A stretch of 64,000 bases of DNA from an uncultured Victivallis sp. (GTDB taxonomy: Bacteria > Verrucomicrobiota > Lentisphaeria > Victivallales > Victivallaceae). Numbering within the stretch: the stretch's first letter is position 1; every line of letters begins with the position of its first letter. The stretch is from assembly GCA_964435365.1 (NCBI GenBank), contig CAYSZM010000002.1, positions 22,567 to 86,566 on the forward strand, in the 5' to 3' direction. A program made the position numbers and the translations under genes. The notes beneath the pieces were generated by a model, which worked only from the letters and a program-made list of their open reading frames with translations, ran no database searches and had not been told where the DNA came from. Of this stretch, positions 50,078 to 58,178 are shown in pieces.

Positions 50078-51264
50078 GTACGTTACTGAAAGCACGCCAC
50101 GACCCCCGGCTCCTCTCGCTGATCACCCCCCGCCGGGGGGGAACCGAGCACGGCTGTTTCCGCAAAGGCAAGCTGTGGCCGCTCTCGCCGCGAAACTTCG
50201 CAGCAGCACCGGTGACGTGGTACAATCTCGGAGTACAGCAGCAGGCGATCGGCGCTGATGATGACGCATCTTTTCTGCTCGATTTTTACTGGACATCAAA
50301 TGTACTTTCCGACAAACGCGTCCTGTATAACGCCCCTTTGTCAAGCCGGTTCAGCGTTTTTTCATACAGCAATGGAATGGTTAATGTCTTTACGAATCTC
50401 ATCAGGAACCAGTTTATTGCATACGTCAGTTTAACTGTCGTCGGCACCGGCTCCGGGCTGTCAGTGGGGAGGCATCGCATTTCCGCCAGAGTGGAAGGAA
50501 CCACGTTCTATGCCAAACTCGATGATAATGAAGAATTGTTTATTTCTGGAACAAGATCATACGTAACCTCTTTTACGGCTCCAATCAGCGAGGCCCCCAT
50601 GACCATATGCGAGGCATGGGTGAGAAATGACTCCGCGAATAAAAAAGTGTGGTCCTACCCCTCGGAATCGGAAAAAATCGGTCTCCTTTCTCAAGTGAAT
50701 ACGCTTGCCGGAGATCAATGTTTTGAGGCGGCAAATCCGGCCGTCGCGGCGCGAATTGATTCGCAGATAGATTTGCGTGGCGTGGTGTCTGACTACACTG
50801 TGGCGGTTGATTTCGAGGCGGTTGAATTCACGGCCACAAAACAAGCTCAAAATTTAGCGGGTCAGGGCGCCTGCGTCGCAGGCCAGTTGGCGATCTGCTC
50901 GCTGGGGTATTACCGTCTGGAGGACTCCTTTTTGATGCAGTTGTCTCATGAAATATCGGGGACCAGAACACTATATGCACCGTATATAGCACAATTGTCC
51001 GGACGAAATATCGCTGTCGGCAGGATAAGGATAGGATCATCTGCGACAGAATTATCGTTATATCTTAATGGTGAATTGCTGGGCAGCAAAACGGTTACCG
51101 GGACGCCAACCGGTGCGGCATACCCAACCTACACCTCCTATGCGATAAATGACAACAGAAACGGTTTATACACCAACTTTTCGGGAAAAATATACGCAGC
51201 CGCTCTTTTCAATCAAGCACTTTCCGCCGAACAGATCGCATCCCTGAGCAAACAGGAAAATTAA
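50074..51264 (+). CDS. LamG/concanavalin-A-like jelly-roll domain protein
   Basis: ATGA overlap with upstream gene. C-terminal LYLNGELLGS...FSGKIYAAALFNQALSAEQIASL LamG signature. Confidence 0.65.
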   Translation: MSTLLKARHDPRLLSLITPRRGGTEHGCFRKGKLWPLSPRNFAAAPVTWYNLGVQQQAIGADDDASFLLDFYWTSNVLSDKRVLYNAPLSSRFSVFSYSNGMVNVFTNLIRNQFIAYVSLTVVGTGSGLSVGRHRISARVEGTTFYAKLDDNEELFISGTRSYVTSFTAPISEAPMTICEAWVRNDSANKKVWSYPSESEKIGLLSQVNTLAGDQCFEAANPAVAARIDSQIDLRGVVSDYTVAVDFEAVEFTATKQAQNLAGQGACVAGQLAICSLGYYRLEDSFLMQLSHEISGTRTLYAPYIAQLSGRNIAVGRIRIGSSATELSLYLNGELLGSKTVTGTPTGAAYPTYTSYAINDNRNGLYTNFSGKIYAAALFNQALSAEQIASLSKQEN

Positions 51265-51295
51265 AAAGTATATTGTAAACGAAAGCAGTTCAAAG

Positions 51296-51328
51296 AGCAC
51301 GACAGGAGGAAACAGTCGTGCTATTTTT
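51296..51328 (+). terminator. Intrinsic terminator after the LamG gene
   Basis: AGCACGAC-11 nt-GTCGTGCT-ATTTTT. Confidence 0.7.
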
Positions 51329-51402
51329 GTGCGCCAGGTACGCGCGAAAACTTGCGGATGAAAGTCCGCGACTGACTTGACGGCAGGAACTGTCAGCTCA
51401 AG
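51329..51402 (+). mobile_element. Group IIC intron 5'-end fragment (partial domain I, no RT ORF)
   Basis: Starts GTGCGCCAGG directly after the terminator T-tract. Contains GCGGATGAAAGTCCGC and GACGGCAGGAACTGTCAGC, resembling IIC domain I. No domain V/VI or RT nearby. Confidence 0.6.
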
Positions 51403-51474
51403 ACTGACGATGAATCCAGAGAAGGGGGTTGAAAATCCTGATGGGACCTCCGAGGGCGTTCGGGAGCGTAAAAA

Positions 51475-51550
<76 letters not shown>

Positions 51551-51653
51551 AAATGGCCGGTTCAGCCGGAAGTTGCGCATGGAACTGCTCGGCCAGCCTC
51601 CGGCAAATCCGGGGGTGGGGTTTCTCCTCATCCGCAATCTTCTAGGTTACTAT

Positions 51654-51682
51654 AACATAATCTGCCAATCCCGCTTTTTCAA
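51654..51682 (-). promoter_or_regulatory. sigma70-type promoter for the tRNA-Arg transcript
   Basis: Minus strand TTGAAA-17 nt-TATGTT, about 100 nt upstream of the tRNA. Confidence 0.55.
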
Positions 51683-51788
51683 GCCGCAGCGGGTTTTCTT
51701 TCGGTTTCCGCAGGCAACGCGAACCCTTCCTGAACGGCAACTGCAAAACTTTGCGAAAGTTTTTCATCGGGAAAAACCCATTCCCCTA

Positions 51789-51817
51789 TTGACATTGCAT
51801 TCCGTCTGTGGTACAAT
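51789..51817 (+). promoter_or_regulatory. sigma70 promoter of the LacI-pilin-GH locus
   Basis: TTGACA-17 nt-TACAAT with extended TGn. Confidence 0.8.
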
Positions 51818-51823
51818 TTACAG

Positions 51824-51841
51824 TGAAATAACGTTATTTCA
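51824..51841. promoter_or_regulatory. LacI-family operator palindrome
   Basis: Perfect 18-bp palindrome TGAAATAACGTTATTTCA with central CG, overlapping the predicted +1. Confidence 0.8.
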
Positions 51842-51873
51842 AAATTCAGCAAATTTCTTGCACGGAGAGAAAG

Positions 51874-52872
51874 ATGGTAAGATTGAAAGACATCGCCGAA
51901 GCGGCCGGGGTATCGACCGGAACCGTTTCCGCCGCGCTTTCCGGAACCGGGCGAATCGGCATCCACACCCGCGAACAGATCCGCAAGCTGGCCGGAGAGA
52001 TGAACTATCAGCCCAGCTCCAGCGCCCGGATGCTGCGCAAAAAACCCGCCATCGACGCGGGCATGGTCATCGCCGACGAGCAGACCCGATACGTTCCGGA
52101 ATTCATCAACTGGTGCGAGCGGTATCATCTGCGTCACCAGCTCGAACTCATCAGCAGCGCCGGAAAGTCCCTGCCTACGCTGCTCGAGGACAATTTCGCC
52201 GCCGGCACCCTCCATACCGGCTATCTCGGCAAAACCGTCCGCGCCTTCCTCGCCGAGCACCCCGAATTCCCGTTCGTGGCGCTCAATGAAAAGAGCGACT
52301 TCTGCGTCCGCAGCAACTTCGCGTCGGGCGCGAAACAGGCGATTCAGTACCTCACCGCCCTCGGCCACGGGAACATCTGGATGAGCGTCGGCGACCAGAT
52401 CTACGACCTGCACCAGCAACTCAAGCAGGGATTGGAGGCGGCAATCCGCGAATTCCAATTTGAAACGACCCCGAAAATCCTGATCAAGGAAGTCCGCGGC
52501 GTTCCCCACGACCGGATCATGCAGCGCAGCGTCGAATATGCCCGGTGCCTCCTGCGGGAGAAAAATCGCCCCACTGCCTTATTCTGCTGCGGACACATCG
52601 AAGCACAGGCTTTCATTTATGCCGGGCTGGAGCTCGGGTTGCGCGTCCCCGACGATTTCAGTATCGTCTCCGTGGGCGACACCGAGCTGGCAGTCGCCTG
52701 CTATCCCGCAATCACCACGCTCGGCAACGACTATCATCAACTGATTCTTCAGGCGATGCTCCTGCTTCAGCGCCGGATCGCCGGAATCGAAACCGACCCC
52801 CAGGATATCCTGGTGGATACCAGGCTTGACATTCGCAATTCAACCGGCAAAGCGTCGCTGAAAAAATCATAA
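51874..52872 (+). CDS. LacI-family transcriptional regulator
   Basis: [36 protein letters not shown] hinge, [20 protein letters not shown]. Confidence 0.93.
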   Translation: MVRLKDIAEAAGVSTGTVSAALSGTGRIGIHTREQIRKLAGEMNYQPSSSARMLRKKPAIDAGMVIADEQTRYVPEFINWCERYHLRHQLELISSAGKSLPTLLEDNFAAGTLHTGYLGKTVRAFLAEHPEFPFVALNEKSDFCVRSNFASGAKQAIQYLTALGHGNIWMSVGDQIYDLHQQLKQGLEAAIREFQFETTPKILIKEVRGVPHDRIMQRSVEYARCLLREKNRPTALFCCGHIEAQAFIYAGLELGLRVPDDFSIVSVGDTELAVACYPAITTLGNDYHQLILQAMLLLQRRIAGIETDPQDILVDTRLDIRNSTGKASLKKS

Positions 52873-52891
52873 CCGTGAAAGGCCGAAGACC

Positions 52892-53560
52892 ATGAGAAAA
52901 CAGTTTTTTACCTTGATCGAACTCCTGGTAGTAATCGCCATCATCGCGATCCTCGCCTCGATGCTGCTCCCCGCGCTGAATCAGGCGCGGGGACGGGCGC
53001 AATCCACCGCCTGCCTCTCCAATCTGAAACAGATCGGAAGTTTCCTGACCCTGTATGCGGGGGACAACAAGGACTTTTTGCCGCCGACCAGGACATACAG
53101 CGAAACGCTGTTCTTCAGCGCAATCAATCCGTACTACAAAGCCCCCTCCGACGCGGATGGCAAAAAATCGGTCTTCGCCTGTCCGACGATTCTCAAGCTG
53201 ATGCCGGTGAACAAGAGGCGCAACTACAGCTTCAACCAGAATATCAACTCGATCAGCAGCAACCCGAGCGACACCTGGAACGCCGCGAAATTCGGCCAGA
53301 TGGTCCGCCTCTCCGAGAAGCTGATTCTGGTGGACGGCGTCCGGGACGGAGTCAATACGTACACCGTGTTCCGGATCGTATCCAACAACCCGGGGCTCAC
53401 TCAGGATGAGGCCCACAGCGGATTCCGGAATATCCTCTTCGCCGACGGCCACTCCGCTCCCCGTGCCCAGAGATACAAGCTGGCGCAGAGCGGGTCCGGC
53501 GTGCTGTTCGCGGCTCCCAACGCGGTCGCCTATCTGCTCTGGAATCTTCGCTATCAGTAA
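52892..53560 (+). CDS. Prepilin-type N-terminal cleavage/methylation protein with H-X9-DG motif (DUF1559-like)
   Basis: [45 protein letters not shown]. Confidence 0.9.
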   Translation: MRKQFFTLIELLVVIAIIAILASMLLPALNQARGRAQSTACLSNLKQIGSFLTLYAGDNKDFLPPTRTYSETLFFSAINPYYKAPSDADGKKSVFACPTILKLMPVNKRRNYSFNQNINSISSNPSDTWNAAKFGQMVRLSEKLILVDGVRDGVNTYTVFRIVSNNPGLTQDEAHSGFRNILFADGHSAPRAQRYKLAQSGSGVLFAAPNAVAYLLWNLRYQ

Positions 53561-53575
53561 AGAAAGTTTTTCGAA

Positions 53576-56500
53576 ATGACAAAACGAATCATTCTGGCCG
53601 CCCTGCTGGCGGTCGCCGCCGCCGGCGTCTCGGCGGTCGAACGGATCGCCCAGGAGCCGAAATTCCAGGCACAGCCGGCGACTACCGCGGAACAGCCGCC
53701 CAAAGCCTCCGACTGGAGCGCAAACGAGGTCTCCACCCTGCGCGGCGCGCAGCCTCCCGCCGGGGCGTCCTGGACCCGGGAAGACGCGAAGAACGCCAAT
53801 TCCCAGTTCCTCCGCTGTGAAATCGCCGTTCCCGCCGGATGGACCGACGGGCGCATCTCGCTCGACTTCGACCGGATCAACGGCAATGCGATCCTCTTCC
53901 TCGACGGGCAGCGGGTCGGTGAACGGCTCGGGCCATACGGCGAAATCGACATCACCCGGTTCGCCAAACCGGGCAAAAAGCAGGAGCTGACCATCTTCAA
54001 CACGCGCGACTACACCGATGTCTCGCGCACGTTTGAAACCGACCTCCTGCGCTATACCGCCCGCGGCCCGAAGTCGCCTTACGGACCGGTGTCGATGGAC
54101 AAGTGGGCGATGGGGATCAACGCCCCGTTCCATCTGGTTCACCGCCCCGCCCCGGCGGCGCTCACTTCGGGCTGGGCCGAAACCAGTTTCCGTAAAAAGA
54201 CCGTCACGCTGCATGCCGAAGTCGATGCGGAGACCGCGGTGAAGGACGCCCGGATTTCAGTGGAAATCCGCGACGCGGACGGAACCCCCGTGCTGACGCT
54301 CGAAAAAACCGCAGCGCTGAAACCCGGAATTCAGGAGATCGACCTCTCCTCGAAATGGGAGAACCCGATCTTGTGGGAACTCGACCGCGGCTATCTCTAC
54401 ACCGCCGTCGTCACCCTCGCCGACGCCTCCGGCAAGGTGCTGGACCGTGACGCCTTCCCCTTCGGCTTCCGCGAAATCTGGACCGAGGGCCGGAACCTGG
54501 TGCTCAACGGCCACCCCGCCCGGTTCCGGGTGGAGTGGGCGAGCTTCGGGCTCAACGACAATTCGGTCAGCTTCTTCAAGCTGCTCGGACGCAACATGAT
54601 CTACTTTCAGTCGAACCCCTCCGGCTGGTGGCGGAACAACGGTTCCAGCGAAGTGTTCGACTTTCCACAGGAGACCATCGACCTCTGCGACCGCGAGGGA
54701 ATCGCGGTGCTGCTGCCGGTGCCGACCGTCAATTTCGGGCGGGAGCGCTTCCTCAACGACGAGGCGCTGCGCAAACAGTATCGCGGGGAGACCGAACTTT
54801 TCATGCGGCGCTACCGCAACCACCCTTCCATCCTGGCCTGGTGCCTCTCGATGAACGCCTTCAACCCGAAGGACGCCATCCACCCGCCGACGATGGGCAA
54901 GCGCAGCGACTACCGCCACGTCCAGGCCGACGTGCTCGAAGACGCCGCCAGAACGATCAAATCGATCGACCCCACCCGGCTCGCCTATTCGCACGCCGAC
55001 GGCAACCTCTGCGACATCGCCACGTCGAACCTCTACCCCAATTTCGCCCCGCTCCAGGAGGTGGAGGACTGGCCGGAACTCTGGGCGAAACAGGGCGACA
55101 TGCCGTTCTTCGCCTGTGAGTTCGCGGCGGTCTACGACGGCAGCTATTTCAAGGGGAAATCGTTCTACCTGACCGAATACGCCGCCATCATGCTCGGCCC
55201 CGAGGCGTACAAGCTGGAAACCGAAAAGCAGCTCGAAGAGACACTGAAACTGGGGCTCAACAACCGCGGCCACGGTCAGGACATGCGCTTCGTCGCCGAA
55301 TACACCCCCCTCTACTACGAAGTCCAGAAGCGCTACGTCGAAGCGACCGACCGGGCGTGGCGGACCTGGGGCGTGCTCGGCTGGCACTACTTCAACTTCC
55401 ATCTCGGGTACGGCGACCCGCCGGAGACGAAGGGCTACAAGCCGTTCGCCCGTTACTCGGTGATGACCTCTCCGGTGACGAAGCGCCCCGACTGGGCCAG
55501 CCCGCAGTTCGACTACTATGCGAAGAACATGCAGCCGCTGCTCGCCTACCTCGGCGGAAGCCCGGACATCACCGACAAGACGCACAGCTTCTATGCGGGC
55601 GAAACCGTCAAGAAGCAGTTCGTCGCCGTCTGGGACGGCCCCGGAAGCCTTACCCTCGATGCCGGGTGGAAGCTGCTGGACGCGGACGGCAAGACGGCGG
55701 CATCCGGCAAGCTCGATCCGCTTTCCCTGAATCCGGGCGACATCAAGTCCGTCCCCTTCTCCTTCGCCGCTCCGGAAGTGAAGCAGCGCAGCGAATACCG
55801 GCTCGAACTCGACGTCGCGGGGTACAAAACCCCGGTGTCGGACCGTTTGGCGCTTCAGGTGTTCCCGAAACTCCGGCCGCTCGACCTCGCAAACGTCCGG
55901 CTCTACGACCCGAAGGAGCTCTCCGGCTGGGTGAAGACGCTGATTCCGGCGGTCCGCCCGTTCAAGGCGGGAGACCGGCCGGAACCGGGCGAAATTCTGG
56001 TCTTCGGGCGCGAATCGCTCAAGATCGGCGACAAGCTCCCCTTCTCCGCCGCCGATATCCGCGGCGGGCTCCGGGTGATCTTCCTCGAGCAGAAGCCGGA
56101 GGTGTGGGAGGCGATGGGCTTCCGCAACTACGAACCCTCGTCGCGTCAGGTGTTCCCGCTGGAGAACGGCTTCCGCGGCGAAGACCTCGCGTACTGGCGC
56201 GGCAAGTCGTCGCTGCTGCCGGAATTCACCGCGCCCCGCGCCTACGACGTTCCGGTGGCGCCCAAGACCAGCAACCGCAACACCGTGGCGACCACGGTGA
56301 TGGAAATTCCCGAAGCAGTCGGCTTCATCCCGCTGCTGGCGTGTGAATTCGACCTGGGCTACTCGCCGCTTCTGGTGTTTCAGGCCGGGAAGGGCGCGCT
56401 CTTCTACTCCTCGCTCGACTTTGCCGGGCGGGCCGGAGTCGATCCGGCGGCGACCGAAGCCGCCCGAAGGCTCTTCGAACTCGCCGAAAAACTGCCGGAA

Positions 56501-57520
56501 GCCGGAACCACACCGGTCCAAGTCCACGTCAACCTGCCGCCGGAGAAGCTCGCCGCTTACGGAATCGCGACGGCCCCGGCGAAACCCCGCCGTGTCGCCG
56601 CCCCGAAAGGCTGGCTCGCATCGCTGCTGCCGCCCAATCTGCTCCGGTTCCGCGATGAAATCGCCTACAACCGGATCGTCTCCGGCAAAGCGGGCGACGA
56701 GATCGAATGCGACGGCGCGATCCTGGTCCGCAGGAACGGCAAAGGGTACGAGATCTTCTGCCAGCTCGCCCCGGAGTTGCTGGAGAAGAAATATGCCGGA
56801 GAGCCCGACAAGGCCGAAGGCGTCGCCCTCTCCGTGGTGCGCCTCAGACAGCTCGTCGCCCGGCTGAAAAGCCCCGGCGGCGAAAACATCGACCCGGCCG
56901 TCCTCGAGCGGCTGCTCAAGGTGCGGCGCGGCGCGGCCTATCAGGACCTCGACAGCTGGACCGCGTTCGGCCCCTTCGACCCGCACACGACCGATGCGAA
57001 GAAGGCGCTCGCGATGGAGTTTCCCGGCGAAAAAGCGGCGCTCTCCGGCGACTTGAACCCGAACATCACCTACCGCGAGGGCGACCGGACGCTCGACTTC
57101 CGCACCACCGCAACCGCGACGACCGACCACTTCCTCGACCTCGGCCGCACAGTCGGAAGTACGATGGGCAACATCATCGCCTACGGCATCCGCGAGGTGA
57201 ATTCGCCCGCCGACCGCAAGGCGACGCTCCGGTTCGGCGTCGATTACTTCGCCCGGATCTACGTCAACGGCAAGCTGGTTTACGAGCAGAGCACGAATCA
57301 TGCTTCGCCGAAACCGAACCAGTTCCGCACCCGGATCAATCTCCGGCAAGGAACCAACGTGATCGTCTTCAAGGTGCTGAGCGGGACCAAGGGGTTCGGG
57401 TTCTGGGCGAACCTCTCCGAACCCGAGGCGGAAGACGGAGAAAAGGAAGACGCGGCCGTCGAGCTGCTTTACGATCCCATCATCAAATTGAGGAATCCTT
57501 ATGAATATTTCTACTGGTAG
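53576..57520 (+). CDS. Large secreted GH2-like glycoside hydrolase with accessory C-terminal beta domain
   Basis: Signal peptide. GRISLDFDRING, PILWELDRGYLY, FGFREIW...LNG, RNHPSILAW. C-terminal GVDYFARIYVNGK...LRQGTNVIVFKV. Confidence 0.7.
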   Translation: MTKRIILAALLAVAAAGVSAVERIAQEPKFQAQPATTAEQPPKASDWSANEVSTLRGAQPPAGASWTREDAKNANSQFLRCEIAVPAGWTDGRISLDFDRINGNAILFLDGQRVGERLGPYGEIDITRFAKPGKKQELTIFNTRDYTDVSRTFETDLLRYTARGPKSPYGPVSMDKWAMGINAPFHLVHRPAPAALTSGWAETSFRKKTVTLHAEVDAETAVKDARISVEIRDADGTPVLTLEKTAALKPGIQEIDLSSKWENPILWELDRGYLYTAVVTLADASGKVLDRDAFPFGFREIWTEGRNLVLNGHPARFRVEWASFGLNDNSVSFFKLLGRNMIYFQSNPSGWWRNNGSSEVFDFPQETIDLCDREGIAVLLPVPTVNFGRERFLNDEALRKQYRGETELFMRRYRNHPSILAWCLSMNAFNPKDAIHPPTMGKRSDYRHVQADVLEDAARTIKSIDPTRLAYSHADGNLCDIATSNLYPNFAPLQEVEDWPELWAKQGDMPFFACEFAAVYDGSYFKGKSFYLTEYAAIMLGPEAYKLETEKQLEETLKLGLNNRGHGQDMRFVAEYTPLYYEVQKRYVEATDRAWRTWGVLGWHYFNFHLGYGDPPETKGYKPFARYSVMTSPVTKRPDWASPQFDYYAKNMQPLLAYLGGSPDITDKTHSFYAGETVKKQFVAVWDGPGSLTLDAGWKLLDADGKTAASGKLDPLSLNPGDIKSVPFSFAAPEVKQRSEYRLELDVAGYKTPVSDRLALQVFPKLRPLDLANVRLYDPKELSGWVKTLIPAVRPFKAGDRPEPGEILVFGRESLKIGDKLPFSAADIRGGLRVIFLEQKPEVWEAMGFRNYEPSSRQVFPLENGFRGEDLAYWRGKSSLLPEFTAPRAYDVPVAPKTSNRNTVATTVMEIPEAVGFIPLLACEFDLGYSPLLVFQAGKGALFYSSLDFAGRAGVDPAATEAARRLFELAEKLPEAGTTPVQVHVNLPPEKLAAYGIATAPAKPRRVAAPKGWLASLLPPNLLRFRDEIAYNRIVSGKAGDEIECDGAILVRRNGKGYEIFCQLAPELLEKKYAGEPDKAEGVALSVVRLRQLVARLKSPGGENIDPAVLERLLKVRRGAAYQDLDSWTAFGPFDPHTTDAKKALAMEFPGEKAALSGDLNPNITYREGDRTLDFRTTATATTDHFLDLGRTVGSTMGNIIAYGIREVNSPADRKATLRFGVDYFARIYVNGKLVYEQSTNHASPKPNQFRTRINLRQGTNVIVFKVLSGTKGFGFWANLSEPEAEDGEKEDAAVELLYDPIIKLRNPYEYFYW

Positions 57521-58178
57521 AATCCTGGCCGGTTTCGCGGCCGCCGCCCTGACCGTTCTTTCCGCCCGGGCGGAGACGAAGGTGCTGTACGAAGAGAATT
57601 TCGAGTCCGCGGTACCCGGCCAGCCCCCGGCCAAGTGGGGCAAAGTGTGGGGCGGCCAGGGGGGTGACACCATCGCTGCCTCGAGCGAGAAATCCGCGGC
57701 GGGGGACAATTCGCTCCTGCTCGACCGCACCGACAACGCCGGGCAGTGGGGATTCGGATTTTCCTTCCCCCGCCCGGAGAAGGGCGTGCTCAAGGTCGAT
57801 TTCGACCTGCTGCTCGACGGCCCCGGCAATCAGGCCGCGCTCGGGTTCGAGATCCGGGAGAACGTCACCGGCCGCTCGGTGGTTTCAGCGTTCACCGTCG
57901 ATAATTTCGCCGTCCGGGATGCGAAGCACAAGAAGGTGTTCGAATTCTCCCGCGACCAATGGTACCATGTGACGTTCGCGATTCCGCTCACCGAGGCGGA
58001 CGGAAGCGCGAAAACCATAACCCTCCGCGACGAGAAGACCGGCAGGGAAGCGACGCTGGAGTGGGCGATGACCGCCTACCCCGCGAAGCTGGGCCAGTTC
58101 CTGATCAATACGCAGCCGGGCAAAAACAATTACCGCGCTTTTTTCGACAATGTGAAAGTCTCTCTGGAAACCAAATAA
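57501..58178 (+). CDS. Secreted beta-sandwich (CBM/ConA-like) protein
   Basis: Signal peptide (ARA-E), YEENFE, DQWYHVTF, FFDNVKV. Confidence 0.55.
   Translation: MNISTGRILAGFAAAALTVLSARAETKVLYEENFESAVPGQPPAKWGKVWGGQGGDTIAASSEKSAAGDNSLLLDRTDNAGQWGFGFSFPRPEKGVLKVDFDLLLDGPGNQAALGFEIRENVTGRSVVSAFTVDNFAVRDAKHKKVFEFSRDQWYHVTFAIPLTEADGSAKTITLRDEKTGREATLEWAMTAYPAKLGQFLINTQPGKNNYRAFFDNVKVSLETK

Noticed and set aside
51403-51450. Hammerhead-ribozyme-like core (CTGACGA...GAAA)
   Set aside because: Stem II closing pair and stem III/cleavage triplet cannot be formed convincingly.
51551-51647. tRNA-Sec, tmRNA or SRP RNA identity for the tRNA leader
   Set aside because: No TCA anticodon arm, no T-loop GTTCRA, and no CAGG-GNRA-AGCAG domain IV arrangement.
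54257-57829. 1190-aa minus-strand ORF, and similar long antisense ORFs (3289..4722, 4472..6145, 6015..7766, 45493..47319, 58727..60550, 61871..63241)
   Set aside because: Shadow frames opposite well-supported genes in high-GC DNA, with no recognisable motifs.
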